64,000 bases of DNA, taken from positions 1,440,001 through 1,504,000 of the forward strand of contig OZ243961.1 of the NCBI GenBank assembly GCA_965214605.1, in the 5' to 3' direction. Within the stretch, counting starts at the first letter, position 1. The number at the start of each line of letters is the position of its first letter. Below, piece after piece: positions 1 through 10,879 of the stretch. The notes beneath the pieces were generated by a model. It was given only the letters and a program-made list of their open reading frames with translations. It ran no database searches and was not told the DNA's origin. Source of the stretch: an uncultured Candidatus Binatia bacterium (GTDB lineage Bacteria; Desulfobacterota; Binatia; Bin18). Both the position numbers and the translations under genes were made by a program.

Positions 1-853
1 CGCCGATTAGGCCCAGAAATAGGGCCAGCAGCGTTCCAATCGCGCCGCTCGTCATACCGTGCAAGCGGGCCAGAAAGGCAGGCAGCCAGAGAATCACTCC
101 ATAGCCAACAAAAGCGGTGAGGCTTGCACCCGCCAACAGGTGGCGCAGAGAGGGGGGCGAGAGCATGAAGCGGATTACCTCACCCAGCCGGGGAGCGGCC
201 TGCTGGGAAGGCTTCAGGCCTTCGGCATAGCCTCGGGGCGGTTCACGCAGGGTCAGACGCACGATCACCGCCAGCACTAAGCCCGGCACCCCAACCACGT
301 AAAACGCGACACGCCAACCATACCACTGATTGACCCAGCCCCCGACCAGAAAACCAAGCAGCAGGCCAAGGTTGGCCCCAGAGGCGAACACCCCCATCGC
401 CGTCCCTCGCTCGGCGGGCTGATACATATCGGCAATCATTGAATGGGAGGGCGGACTCGACCCAGCCTCACCCACCCCGACTCCAATCCGGGCCAAGGCC
501 AGCTGCGAAAAATTCGCTGCCATCCCGCACAAGACGGTCATTCCGCTCCATGTGGCGAGGGCCAGGGCGATAATATTACGCCGGTTGCTCCGGTCGGCCC
601 ACATCGCAATCGGAATACCCAGCGTGGCATAGAAGAGGGCAAATGCGATGCCGGACAGGAAACCCAGCTGAGTATCCGACAGCACTAAATCGTGCTTGAT
701 TGGCTCCAACAGAATGGCCAGGATCTGGCGGTCCACATGGCTGGAGGCAAACACTAGCAGCAGGATGATCAAGGCATAGCGCCGATAGGCAGCAGTAATG
801 CCCAGCGCAGTTGTAGACGTCGGCTCAGATATCAAGTCGGGCTGTTGGGCCAT
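1..853 (-). CDS. MFS transporter, spinster-like (3' end runs off the window)
   Basis: Manual translation from ATG at 853: MAQQPDL...YALIILLLVFASSHVDRQILAILLEPIKHDLVLSDTQLGFLSGIAFALFYATLGIPIAMWADRSNRRNII. Contains the DRQ motif and MFS motif A. Not in the ORF track because it has no stop inside the window. Confidence 0.9.
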   Translation of the reverse strand, partial: MAQQPDLISEPTSTTALGITAAYRRYALIILLLVFASSHVDRQILAILLEPIKHDLVLSDTQLGFLSGIAFALFYATLGIPIAMWADRSNRRNIIALALATWSGMTVLCGMAANFSQLALARIGVGVGEAGSSPPSHSMIADMYQPAERGTAMGVFASGANLGLLLGFLVGGWVNQWYGWRVAFYVVGVPGLVLAVIVRLTLREPPRGYAEGLKPSQQAAPRLGEVIRFMLSPPSLRHLLAGASLTAFVGYGVILWLPAFLARLHGMTSGAIGTLLALFLGLIG

Positions 854-1036
854 AAGATCTCCTTTCAACAAGTTGTCACACAAACTCCCAACTCGGCCCA
901 CACAATTTTCGCACCTGTAGCCGAGGTTCCGCTAAAACGCTAGCTCAGACCCCGATTGCATTCGGTGAATCAGCCAGATAGGGAAGACCGAAGTGGCTCA
1001 TTGTAAGCGGCCTGAGGACCACCAAGAAGGAGAGCT

Positions 1037-1324
1037 ATGTCAGCCTATATCATTGTTGATGTTAAAGTGACCGATCCTCATACCTACCAGAGCTACAGCA
1101 AGCTCGTCCCGGCAACGGTTGAGGCGTATGGCGGCAAATTCATTGTGCGCGGCGGTAAAGCCGAAAATCTGGAGGGCGATTGGCAGCCCAACCGTGTAGT
1201 TGTGCTGGAATTTGAGAGTGTCGCACAGGCCAAAGCGTGGTGGAACTCTGACGAATACCGTGAACCCAAGGCGCTGCGTCAGAGCGCTTCCCAGGCCCAG
1301 ATGATTGTGGTTGAGGGCGTGTAG
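1037..1324 (+). CDS. DUF1330 domain protein
   Basis: YGGKFIVRGG...LEGDW.PNRVVVLEFES...AKAWWNSDEY pattern; AGGAG RBS. Confidence 0.85.
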   Translation: MSAYIIVDVKVTDPHTYQSYSKLVPATVEAYGGKFIVRGGKAENLEGDWQPNRVVVLEFESVAQAKAWWNSDEYREPKALRQSASQAQMIVVEGV

Positions 1325-1391
1325 AGAAGAGGGGAGCGCGCTCATACAGGGGATCCTGCTAGCAGGGCTGCTCTTCACCGTTCGTGCTAGC

Positions 1392-1832
1392 CTAGACCAC
1401 CGCGCCGGTATCGGCCTGCAAGCCGGCCGCCTCAATACCGACCACGGCACACGTCTCGTCAATATCTGAGGTATCGCCCGAGATGCCGACCGCGCCGATA
1501 ATAGTGTTATCCTCAGCCCGGATCAGAACGCCGCCCGGAACCGGCACCAGTTTCCCCCCAGCCATTACGCTTAGCGCGTGAATAAATTCCGGGCGATCCT
1601 CTGCCACTCTGCCCAGCACCCGCGACGAACGCCCTAAGCCCAGCGCCCCCCAGGCTTTACCGACCGCAATATCGGTCCGCAACAGGCTCGTTTGATCCTC
1701 GCGCTGATAGGACTTGAGCTGACCGCTCTCGTCTAACACGGCCACGGCCAAAGGAGCCGCATTCATGTCGCGAGCCTTTTTTAGGGCAGCGGTCACAATC
1801 GTATTGGCCAGTTCTAAATTCAAGTCGCTCAT
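1392..1832 (-). CDS. GlcG/HbpS family heme-binding protein
   Basis: VAVLDESG, IAVGKAWGA, GGVLI, GAVGISG.TSDIDE motifs; start reassigned to MSDLNL after a GGAGG RBS. Confidence 0.85.
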   Translation of the reverse strand: MSDLNLELANTIVTAALKKARDMNAAPLAVAVLDESGQLKSYQREDQTSLLRTDIAVGKAWGALGLGRSSRVLGRVAEDRPEFIHALSVMAGGKLVPVPGGVLIRAEDNTIIGAVGISGDTSDIDETCAVVGIEAAGLQADTGAVV

Positions 1833-1854
1833 ATGTTCCTCCAGCGTCGATTCT

Positions 1855-2094
1855 TTATAGCAGCGCGCCAGCACCGCTGAGAGAGCGTTCCACAACAGGC
1901 ACAGGGGATCGCGAAGCGACAGGCCAGGGCAGCAAAAGTCGGACAACAAGCCAGCCGCTCACCCAGAGCAGGGCCACCGCTCCCCAATCGCTCTCGCCCC
2001 TGAGATGAAAACCCAACAGCGCCGACACCAGCCGCTTGGTCAGCAGACCAAGGTCAAGCAAAACACCGGTAAAGACATGAATCAAGTCAAACAT
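1855..2094 (-). CDS. Small hydrophobic hypothetical protein
   Basis: ATG-started 79 aa ORF with hydrophobic stretches, ending just upstream of the GlcG gene; no family recognised. Confidence 0.3.
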   Translation of the reverse strand: MFDLIHVFTGVLLDLGLLTKRLVSALLGFHLRGESDWGAVALLWVSGWLVVRLLLPWPVASRSPVPVVERSLSGAGALL

Positions 2095-2704
2095 CAGGCT
2101 GTCCGCTTGTCCCGCCTGCAGTCCCCGTATGCAGCGGCCATCAGGGAATCGTAAATCCAACTCAGCCTCTCGATGACCGGGACATTTGGCGGACGAACAC
2201 TTTCGCTAAACAGATACTCAACTGGTAACCTGCTCCTCGTTCACACCAGAGCATAGTGGAGAGATGAGAGGACGAGTTAAAAAAGGCTGTATGGAGGAGC
2301 ATCGCTAGCCGGATTCGAGCTGGATACGCAAACCGCCGCTTGACGCGCAGGCGACTCTCTTGAACCCTCCGGCATTGCTCATACCCAGCTTTTAACACCA
2401 GCCGAGGGGTGAAGTGGCGAACTAGGAACACCTTCAGTTCAGAGACCTCGTCTTCCAAGTCCAAGTCGGGACGGTTCTAAGGCCCGGCCACTAAAAATCT
2501 CCAGCGCCTACCTGTCCTGAACATGCTAGAAGGAAAATGACGGACTGGGCGTTCAAGAGAGGGTCGGTCAGCACGGCAAAGAACCAGCCCCGGCACCGTG
2601 TTGGGACGGTTCACAGTCACTCGTCACACCCTCCTGGAGATAAACCTCTTCAACCTAGGCACGCCATCTCTTCAAAAACCGGCAGGTGGGCCACCGGATC
2701 CTCT

Positions 2705-2745
2705 GGGCACTTCACCCTGCTCGGAGAGAGGCGCGTGAAGTGCCC
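2705..2745. repeat. Inverted repeat / hairpin (11-bp arms)
   Basis: gggcacttcac (2705-2715) and gtgaagtgccc (2735-2745) are exact reverse complements. Confidence 0.6.
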
Positions 2746-3024
2746 CAGGGTGCGGGGCGCCTCTCTGGGTTCAAGGTTCGACTAGCTCCAACTCGACGGC
2801 GGGCGATTTCCTTTCCATTGACACGGGCTACGCCGTATGCGGACAAGTCGGCAGTTGGAGCGATAAAGCGCCCGTCACGGACAACAACAGGTCCGACGGC
2901 CGCTCTCAGCCTTAAGATGTAGTCGTGGTGAGGACCGGTATAGAGATCTCATCATCCTCACTAAGGCCCGCCGACCACTACCCTGTTCACCCAGACTGTG
3001 CGGCGCCAGGGTGCACGCGAGAGG

Positions 3025-4506
3025 CTAGTGGACGCCGTTGGCCAGGAGCTGATCGACCTCTTTTTCGACCGCTGTGCCTTTGAAGAAGTCTGGATTCATG
3101 CCCGTCCACAGCGTGGTCGGGTTGGTGAATACAAAGTCGCGGAAGTTCTCTTCGCTCAGTATCCCGTGTTCAACCTGCTCGTACGCCTCTTCCGTCACCT
3201 CTGTCATGTCGGGCACGTCCCAGTGGCCGATATCAGAGCTGTAGATCGCCCGCACCTGCTCGCCAAACGGATTGGCTCTGGTATTAAAGCCGGTGGCATT
3301 CATGGGATCGTCGGCTTCACAGCCGAAGTAGAAGTGAGGGATAAATAGATCTCTTATATCCTCAGTTTTTTCGATCCCGGTACGGTGAAAGTCGTTCTTG
3401 ATGTCTGGTGCCGCCCGGGTATTGATCGTCGCCCCGCTAGGGTTGCTGAGGTGCTGCAGCCGCCCCTCAGTCACTCTCTCGCCATACTTTTGACACAGAT
3501 CAAGCAACAGCTCAGGGTTTAGATTGGCCGGATTGTAGTTCTCGATCGCCTCCGGGTTGCGCTTGTCCCAGCGGGCAATCAGGTCGGCGTACAGCCGCGC
3601 TCCGGTGCTCACCCCACCCTCCAGAAAGGCAAACTTCAAGTTGGGAAAACGCTGGGTTACCCCACCAAAAAACAGGGCTTTACACACCGCCTCGCCAGCC
3701 TCGGCAAAATGGCCGACATGGTTATACATATAGGTTGACGTCGACGTGCGGCTGCCCCAGCCCATAGCCGCAGAGTGAAAGGTTGGAGCGACCTTCAGTT
3801 CAACACACTTGGCCCACACCGGATCATAGTCGTAGTCGCTATCCAGACAGAAGGTATCGAGCCAATAGCTGTAGCGGGCGGCTTCTGGGGATAAGGCTTC
3901 TGCAGCGGGGATTGGACGGAGCACGTGACCAGCCAACATGACTGCCTTCATATTCAGCGTGCCGACCGCGTAGTCTAACTCGGCCAGCGCTTCGTCCGGG
4001 GTGTGCATCGGAATAATCGCCACCGGGATAAGCCGATCCGAATATTCCTTGAAAATATCGGCGTGGTAGGTGTTGAATGCCCGACATGCGGCCAGACGGA
4101 TCTCCTGATCGTCGAGATGCGGGGCTAAAAGCCCGAAGGTCGGGTAGAGAATGGACACGTCAATCCCCATATCATCCAGGCGTTCATGGAGCAGTTTGGG
4201 CAGCATCGAGGTCGCTCGGTCGAGTGTGTTTCTGGCCGGCAGCGCCCACCAGGGCGGAACGGTCAAACGTTGGGCGCACCGTTCCTCAGACGTCAGCCTG
4301 TGCCAGTTCAACATCCCACCTAGCGAGGCGGCCGGCCCCTCGGTGCGTTTGGCCTTGTAGCGCTCAACGATGCCCGGCCCACCAATCTCACGTAGAGTGT
4401 CCATCACCGCGGGTTCAAACTCTACAGTGTGACCGTCGGAGTCAATAACCGGATGGCTCAAACGAGCCCGGACCTGTTTTGATTTGGAAATCTGTACAGC
4501 AGCCAT
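3025..4506 (-). CDS. Amidohydrolase family protein (Amidohydro_2)
   Basis: VIDSDGH, YDPVWAKCVEL..PTFHS, FAFLEGG, YFGCEADD, SSDIGHWD motifs. Confidence 0.9.
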   Translation of the reverse strand: MAAVQISKSKQVRARLSHPVIDSDGHTVEFEPAVMDTLREIGGPGIVERYKAKRTEGPAASLGGMLNWHRLTSEERCAQRLTVPPWWALPARNTLDRATSMLPKLLHERLDDMGIDVSILYPTFGLLAPHLDDQEIRLAACRAFNTYHADIFKEYSDRLIPVAIIPMHTPDEALAELDYAVGTLNMKAVMLAGHVLRPIPAAEALSPEAARYSYWLDTFCLDSDYDYDPVWAKCVELKVAPTFHSAAMGWGSRTSTSTYMYNHVGHFAEAGEAVCKALFFGGVTQRFPNLKFAFLEGGVSTGARLYADLIARWDKRNPEAIENYNPANLNPELLLDLCQKYGERVTEGRLQHLSNPSGATINTRAAPDIKNDFHRTGIEKTEDIRDLFIPHFYFGCEADDPMNATGFNTRANPFGEQVRAIYSSDIGHWDVPDMTEVTEEAYEQVEHGILSEENFRDFVFTNPTTLWTGMNPDFFKGTAVEKEVDQLLANGVH

Positions 4507-5723
4507 GCCTGCCCCTCCTTACAGCGCTGATTTAGACTGTAGACAACTGACTACATCGCCTTCACTACCCGATCGATTATATTCTGTCCAGCTTGACGGC
4601 ACAGGAGTTCAACACCGGGAGAGCCATACCATGAGCGCGCACACGACCGGTGACCTGCAGACCGGTGAGTCTCAACTATTGTAATGCTCCGTCCCAGAAG
4701 ATCTTTACTCAGATGGGAGAGTGTGTTTTTCAGCGGTACGACAGAGAGGCCGCGGCGGCTAGTGTAGGCTGCCGCTTGACCTGCCCAGCCCAAACCTCAT
4801 CATTCCCGTTATCGTCCGACAGACAGAATGTTCTGAACAAGATGTTCCGGCTGGGAAAGATAAAGCCAACATTCTTATTATCTCGCCCAAGATAGCGACT
4901 GTGGAGGCTGTGATGGTGAGTGGGACAGGCGAACACATTGATCAATTTTCCGGGCCCGCTGAACGAGATTATGAGAGCGGCGCAAATCATAGGCTTAAAG
5001 AGTTGGAGGGAAAGGAAAAAATGGGAACGCTATAGATCGTTGGCGTTTCAGGGACCTGACCAAGACAGGCACAAACAACACCTTCCGAGAAACTTATTGT
5101 GACGCCATTGCCCAAGCAGAACAGTAAAGATCAGGTGAGCGTGCTTGACCTCCGGTCGGGCCCAAGCCTTAGCCGCTGAGCGGCCTCGCTACAGCGGCAA
5201 TGTGACGCCGGCCTGAAAGACAATCGCCGAGACGGCTACCATCGGAGCACCCTCTGTAGAGAAAAACCCCGAATGTCCGCCGGAAGAAAAAGTAACGCAC
5301 CTCCAGCTGGGCTGGCGTCTGACTACACATTTCCTTAGAAATAAAGAGGCAACAACCGCTGTCGGAAAGCTGATGCGCTCATCTCCCGCTCTATGAGGCA
5401 GAGGGGACAGATATGAACAGCGTAAAGACGAGAGCAATGAGAAGCCATATGCCAAAAATTCAGCGCTCCGGATTCAGGCAGGATAATCAAGGTCGACAAG
5501 CAACTGACAGAGAACAATCTGTCTCGGTGTGGAGACAAGGTCCGGGGCGTCAGACAGCCTCTCGTTCACTGCCGGCGGCATGCTTTCATCCCGCGCTCAC
5601 GCTGCTCTCCTGAGCGGCCACCGACTGGGACCCTTGAAACAGCGGTATGTCAAGTGCAGGCTGTTCATTCGCCGCAAGTTTGTTATCGTCAAATACTCAA
5701 GTCTGGAACCAACAGAGGGACGT

Positions 5724-7052
5724 ATGGCGCACTCACAAAAACTGCGACTCGGTGCTTTCATGCGGCCGGTCAGCATTCATACGGCGGCCTGGCGCTATCC
5801 GGGCGCTTTCCCGGATGCCAACTTCAATTTTGCCCACTACCGACGCTTTGTCGCCAGCCTGGAGCGGGGTCGCTTTGATGCCTTTTTCATGGCCGACCAC
5901 CTAGCGGTGATGAACATGCCGATGGCGGCGCTCAAACGCAGCGCCACGGTCACGTCTTTCGATCCCCTGACCCTGCTGCCGGCGCTAGCTGTGGTGACCG
6001 AACACCTGGGGCTCATTGCCACCGCGTCCACGACCTATAACGAGCCATATCACGTGGCCCGAAAATTCGCCTCGCTCGACCACATCAGCGGCGGCCGGGC
6101 CGCCTGGAACATGGTAACCTCGGCCAATCCCCAGGAGGCGCGCAACTTCGGCCGTGAGCAACACCTGGAGCACGGGCAGCGCTACCGGCGAGCGCGTGAG
6201 TTCTTTGATGTGGTGACCGGCCTGTGGGACAGTTGGGCTGACGATGCCTTTATCCGTGATGTTGAGACGGGGACCTATTTCGATCCGGACAAAATGCACA
6301 TCCTGGACCACAAAGGTCCCCACCTGTCCGTGCGCGGACCGCTCAACGTTGCCCGGCCGATCCAGGGCTGGCCGGTTATCGTTCAGGCCGGTGCCTCAGA
6401 GGCCGGCCGCCAACTAGCGGCCGAGACAGCCGAGGTGGTGTTTGGCAGCCCCAGCACCCTCAACGACGGGCAGCGCTACTACGCAGACGTCAAGAGCCGG
6501 ATGGAGACCTGTGGTCGGTCTCCTGAGGACCTCAAGATCCTGCCCGGGGCATTTGTAGTAGTGGGCGACAGCGCGGCCGAGGCACGGGCCAAAAAGGCTC
6601 GGTTGGATAGTCTGGTCCATCCTGATAGCGGGATTGCGACCCTTTCCGTCCTGCTCGGCCACGACGTGTCGAACTTTGAGTTCGACGCCCCGTTGCCCGA
6701 TATCCCAGAGAGTAACGCCAGCAAGAGCGGCCGTCAGAAACTAGTCAACATGGCCCGACAGGACAATATGACGGTCCGCCAGTTGGCCCAATACGTAGGT
6801 GGCAGCTTCAGCGCCCTGGAGCTCATCGGAACTCCGACCACTATTGCGGACCAGATGGAGGAATGGCTCCTCGACAAAGGCTGCGACGGCTTCAATATCA
6901 TGTTCCCCTATCTGCCCGGAGGACTTGACGACTTTGTTGATCGGATCGTGCCCGAACTCCAGCGACGTGAGCTGTTCCGGCGTGAGTACGAGGGGAAGAC
7001 GCTGCGCGAAAACCTCGGCCTGTCGCGTCCTCAGAACCGCTTTTTCTCTTAA
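5724..7052 (+). CDS. LLM class flavin-dependent monooxygenase (NtaA/SnaA/DszA family)
   Basis: FDAFFMAD, GLIATASTTYNEPYHVARKFASLDHISGGRAAWN, QAGASEAG, YEGKTLRENLGL; start reassigned to ATG 5724 after GAGGG. Confidence 0.92.
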   Translation: MAHSQKLRLGAFMRPVSIHTAAWRYPGAFPDANFNFAHYRRFVASLERGRFDAFFMADHLAVMNMPMAALKRSATVTSFDPLTLLPALAVVTEHLGLIATASTTYNEPYHVARKFASLDHISGGRAAWNMVTSANPQEARNFGREQHLEHGQRYRRAREFFDVVTGLWDSWADDAFIRDVETGTYFDPDKMHILDHKGPHLSVRGPLNVARPIQGWPVIVQAGASEAGRQLAAETAEVVFGSPSTLNDGQRYYADVKSRMETCGRSPEDLKILPGAFVVVGDSAAEARAKKARLDSLVHPDSGIATLSVLLGHDVSNFEFDAPLPDIPESNASKSGRQKLVNMARQDNMTVRQLAQYVGGSFSALELIGTPTTIADQMEEWLLDKGCDGFNIMFPYLPGGLDDFVDRIVPELQRRELFRREYEGKTLRENLGLSRPQNRFFS

Positions 7053-7113
7053 CTACTTTGTGCATTTTGAGAGCTGAGCTGATCTACTCAGCTGCTTAGG
7101 CGAGGGGGGAAAC

Positions 7114-8370
7114 ATGTCACAGTCAGACAATCCGTCAGTGCTTGAAGGCGTCCGCGTGTTAGACTTCGGTCAGTATATCGCCGCCCCGGTCTTGACCCGC
7201 ATGATGTCCGACATGGGTGCTGAAATCATCAAGGTCGAACTCGCTCCAAGCGGAGATAACTCGCGCTTTTATCCGTATTTTAAAGCCGGTCAGAGCGGGG
7301 GCTATATCCAGCACAACCGCGGCAAACTAAGCCTGTGTCTTGATATCAAGCGGCCCGAGGGGATTCAGATCATCAAAGAACTCGCGCCTAAAGTTGACGT
7401 GGTCATAGAAAACTTCAGCCCTGGGACCTTGAACCGCTACGGTCTAGGCTATGAGGATCTCACAGCACTAAATTCCCAGCTAATCATGTGTTCCATATCA
7501 GGCTTTGGTCAGGACGGTCCGCTGGCCTACAAACCGGGGGTTGACACCCTAGCCCAGGCCATGAGCGGGCTGCTGCATCTGACCGGCGACCCAGACAAAG
7601 CGCCCACCTACGTCGGTCTGTTCATTGCCGACGAAAACGCCGGCGTGCACGGCCTGGCCTCGGTGTGTGCGGCCCTGTATTACCGCCAGAAAACCGGCCG
7701 CGGACAGTATATTGACCTGTCCTTGCTAGAGTGTTTGTTCCATCTACACGACACCGCGGTGCAGTTCTACACGCTGAGCGATGGCAAAGAAAACCCAACC
7801 CGTTTCGGTTCACACCACTACGCGGTCGCTCCGTGCGGCATTTTCGAGGCCAACGACGGTTATGTGGTCATCGTCGTGTTAGAACACCAGTGGAAGACCT
7901 TCGTGCGAGCCGTCAACAAACCCGAGTGGCTCAACGATCCCCGCTTTGACACCAACCAGCACCGGGCCGAGAACCGCTTTGTCCTGATTGAGCTGATCGA
8001 GCAATGGCTGCAATCCTTCCCCAGCCGCGACGAACCGTTGACGATCTTGGACGAAGTTCGTATCTTGAGTGCACCGGTTCTTGACATCGGCCAGATCATC
8101 AACCACCCGCACATGAAAGCCCGCGGAGCTATGCAAGACGTTACCCACCCTGGCATGGGCCCCATCGCCATTCCCAAAACCCCGATTCACTATTCCGACA
8201 CCCGCGTCGAGATCCGCCGTCCGGCACCGTTGTTGGGACAGCACAACGCCGAGGTGCTGGAACGCTACCTGGGCTATTCCGTGCAAAAGATCGCCCGCCT
8301 GACCGACAGCGGCGTGCTAGTCCAAGAGGAGTTGGTCGCCGAAATGCGCCGGCGCGGAGAAATTCCCTAA
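7114..8370 (+). CDS. CoA transferase family III (CaiB/BaiF)
   Basis: LEGVRVLDF..YIAAP, MGAEIIKVE, NRGKLS, ENFSPG, SISGFGQDGP, APLLGQHN. Confidence 0.92.
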   Translation: MSQSDNPSVLEGVRVLDFGQYIAAPVLTRMMSDMGAEIIKVELAPSGDNSRFYPYFKAGQSGGYIQHNRGKLSLCLDIKRPEGIQIIKELAPKVDVVIENFSPGTLNRYGLGYEDLTALNSQLIMCSISGFGQDGPLAYKPGVDTLAQAMSGLLHLTGDPDKAPTYVGLFIADENAGVHGLASVCAALYYRQKTGRGQYIDLSLLECLFHLHDTAVQFYTLSDGKENPTRFGSHHYAVAPCGIFEANDGYVVIVVLEHQWKTFVRAVNKPEWLNDPRFDTNQHRAENRFVLIELIEQWLQSFPSRDEPLTILDEVRILSAPVLDIGQIINHPHMKARGAMQDVTHPGMGPIAIPKTPIHYSDTRVEIRRPAPLLGQHNAEVLERYLGYSVQKIARLTDSGVLVQEELVAEMRRRGEIP

Positions 8371-8409
8371 ATAGTGAGAAGTCACAACCTTATTTGACAG
8401 GAGGAGATT

Positions 8410-9804
8410 ATGTCAGTACCGAATCCTTTTTTGGCCGACAACTTTGCGCCGATACGAGAAGAAACCCAGGTCGAGGAGCTGCGGGTTATTGGCGAGCTAC
8501 CGCGTGAGATGAACGGGATGTTCGTGCGCATCGGCCCCAACCCCCAGTTTGAGCCGATTGGTACATACCACTGGTTCGACGGCGACGGTATGCTGCACGG
8601 GGTACGGGTCCAGGACGGAAAAGCCTCGTACCGCAACCGCTATGTCCATACGAAAGGTTTTGAGATTGAACGTCAGCGGGGTCGGGCTATTTGGGGGGGC
8701 TTAATGGAGCCACCCCAGTTCGACAATCCAGACGGTCCGTTTAAGAACGCAGCCAATACAGCCTTGGTTTGGCACGACGGTCGCCTCCTGGCGCTGTGGG
8801 AAGGCGGCGAGCCGCACCATATTCGTGTCCCTGGCCTTGAGACGATCGGTCCCTACAACTATCAGGACAAACTGACGAGCGCGTTTACCGCCCACCCAAA
8901 GGTTGATGCAGTGACGGGCGAAATGATGTTTTTTGGCTATGCGCCGCTGCCACCATACCTCCAGTACAGCGTTGTTGCCGCGTCGGGTGAGCTAGTCCAG
9001 ACCGTGCCGATTGATATCCCGGCCGGGGTGATGATTCACGACTGTGCAGTAACCGAACACCATACCCTGCTGCTCGACCTGCCGGTTACCTTCAACCTTC
9101 AAGCCATGACAACAGGCGAGCCGATCCTGAGGTGGAACCCCGACAACGGGGCCCGGATCGGGATCATCCCCCGCCACGGTACAAACGACGATATCACCTG
9201 GTTTGAGATTCCCCCCTGCTATATTTTTCATACCGCCAACGCCTATGAGGCCGGCGACGAAGTGGTCTTGATCGCCTGTCGAGTCAACTCCACCAGCGTC
9301 CTCATGGACGCCGGCCAGCCGTCCCAGGCAGACCAAGACGATCAAGCACCCCGCCTGTACCGTTGGCGTTTCAATCTGAAGACCGGCGCGGTCGCCCAAG
9401 AGAAGCTGGATGACGTCCCGTCCGAGTTTCCCCGCATCAATGAATCTCTTATCGGTCGCCACAACCGCTACAGCTATGCAGCGCACGTCCCCGAAGGCAT
9501 AACCATGCCGTTGTTTGATGGCTTCCAGAAATATGACCATCAGACGGGAACAACCGAGTCCCACCCCCACGGCCCCCAGCGCTACGGTGGCGAGGGCGTC
9601 TTTGTGCCGCGCGACGGGGGACATGCTGAAGACGATGGCTGGCTTGTGACCTATGTGTATGATCAGGTCGAACAGGCTGCCGAAATGGTGGTGGTCAATG
9701 CCCAGGAGATGACGGCCGACCCTGTCGCCCGGGTGTTGATTCCCACCCGCGTGCCATACGGCTTTCACGGAGCCTGGGTGGCGGGTGAGTACATCGGGAC
9801 GTGA
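8410..9804 (+). CDS. Carotenoid oxygenase / lignostilbene dioxygenase family protein
   Basis: R.GPNP, HWFDGDGM, TAHPK, IHD, FHTANAYE, EFPRIN, EDDGW, PYGFHG (four-His iron centre). Confidence 0.92.
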   Translation: MSVPNPFLADNFAPIREETQVEELRVIGELPREMNGMFVRIGPNPQFEPIGTYHWFDGDGMLHGVRVQDGKASYRNRYVHTKGFEIERQRGRAIWGGLMEPPQFDNPDGPFKNAANTALVWHDGRLLALWEGGEPHHIRVPGLETIGPYNYQDKLTSAFTAHPKVDAVTGEMMFFGYAPLPPYLQYSVVAASGELVQTVPIDIPAGVMIHDCAVTEHHTLLLDLPVTFNLQAMTTGEPILRWNPDNGARIGIIPRHGTNDDITWFEIPPCYIFHTANAYEAGDEVVLIACRVNSTSVLMDAGQPSQADQDDQAPRLYRWRFNLKTGAVAQEKLDDVPSEFPRINESLIGRHNRYSYAAHVPEGITMPLFDGFQKYDHQTGTTESHPHGPQRYGGEGVFVPRDGGHAEDDGWLVTYVYDQVEQAAEMVVVNAQEMTADPVARVLIPTRVPYGFHGAWVAGEYIGT

Positions 9805-9815
9805 AGTCCTATGAG

Positions 9816-9893
9816 GGAGAGTCCATTATCCTTGGAAAATGACGAGGATGAATGACACGGAGACCGGGAATTTCCAAGGATAATGGACTCTCC
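9816..9893. repeat. Perfect 23-bp inverted repeat with 32-nt spacer (MITE-like or long hairpin)
   Basis: ggagagtccattatccttggaaa (9816-9838) versus tttccaaggataatggactctcc (9871-9893). Confidence 0.85.
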
Positions 9894-10328
9894 TCTAAGA
9901 CCGCAGCTTGAGTATCAGATCCGTGCGGCACTAAACGAGTATTCGGCCACGCTGCCAATAGGGTCCGGACAGTGCCGCAAAACAACGACTGCTCAGCGTA
10001 TTGGCAGGTAGGATGGAGGGGGACATTTTGACCTTGATGTCCCCTCAGACGCTCCTCCAAACAGCCATGGCCTCGCTTGTTAATAGACCAGCAAGGGCCG
10101 ACCATCATTGACGAATTCCGGCGTCAAGCTCAACTGTTTAAGCTGCTGCCGATCCTAACAAACCGGTGTCCTCTACCAGCCCAGTTTCTTATTCTTGGCC
10201 GTGCTTCTGCTGACCTCGTTCGTAGAGTTTCTGAGTTTCTAGTTAGATAATCAGACATACCTACCCTGAGGCTATGGGAGAATAACAGTGTCGCAACTGT
10301 TAGCCCGTGAAAATGAAGAGGAGACGCG

Positions 10329-10724
10329 ATGTCTACAACCCGCCAACATCTGGCTGAGTTGACCCGGCGATTCATGACTTCGTTCAACAACAACGATCTT
10401 GAGGGCGTGATGTCCTTTTTTGCCGGTGATGCCGTCTACGACGAGTTTAACGGCACCCGCAATCACGGCAAAGACGCGATCCGGGCTGCCTTTATCCCGC
10501 AGTTCAGCGGCCGCTATGGCACGATGCGGTTTCTTGACGACGATCTGTTCATCGATAGTGACACCGGCAAGGTCATGGTCAGCTGGCGCTGTACGCTTGA
10601 GCTAGAAGGCCGGCCAACGTCGTGGCGGGGGCTCGACCTGCTGCACTTCCAGGGTGACACCCTGGTCCGCAAGCTGACCTATGCGAAGGCCAAGGCCCCT
10701 CTGTTTGAGGATCGATCAGGATGA
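10329..10724 (+). CDS. SnoaL/NTF2-like family protein
   Basis: F...FN..DLEGVMSFFA.DAVY, HGKDAIRAAF, RGLDLLHF; GAGGAG RBS. Confidence 0.85.
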   Translation: MSTTRQHLAELTRRFMTSFNNNDLEGVMSFFAGDAVYDEFNGTRNHGKDAIRAAFIPQFSGRYGTMRFLDDDLFIDSDTGKVMVSWRCTLELEGRPTSWRGLDLLHFQGDTLVRKLTYAKAKAPLFEDRSG

Positions 10725-10879
10725 AAAAGAGTGGAAATCCCGGCTGACAACACTAGGAAAACTTGCCGCCCCATAAAGCGTGCAGAAATTCACCAGAGGC
10801 GTTTTCCCGTGCCGGAGCCTGTAAAGATTTCAGCTCCTGAGCCGAGACGTCTCTCTTGGTCTTCACCTCCGGTATATAG

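Noticed and set aside
1355-1366. 12-bp palindrome cctgctagcagg between convergent genes
   Set aside because: No loop or U-tract; insufficient to call a terminator or operator.
5189-5250. Minus-strand ...AIVFQAGVTLPL* resembling a beta-barrel C-terminus
   Set aside because: Too short, and the upstream frame is not protein-like.
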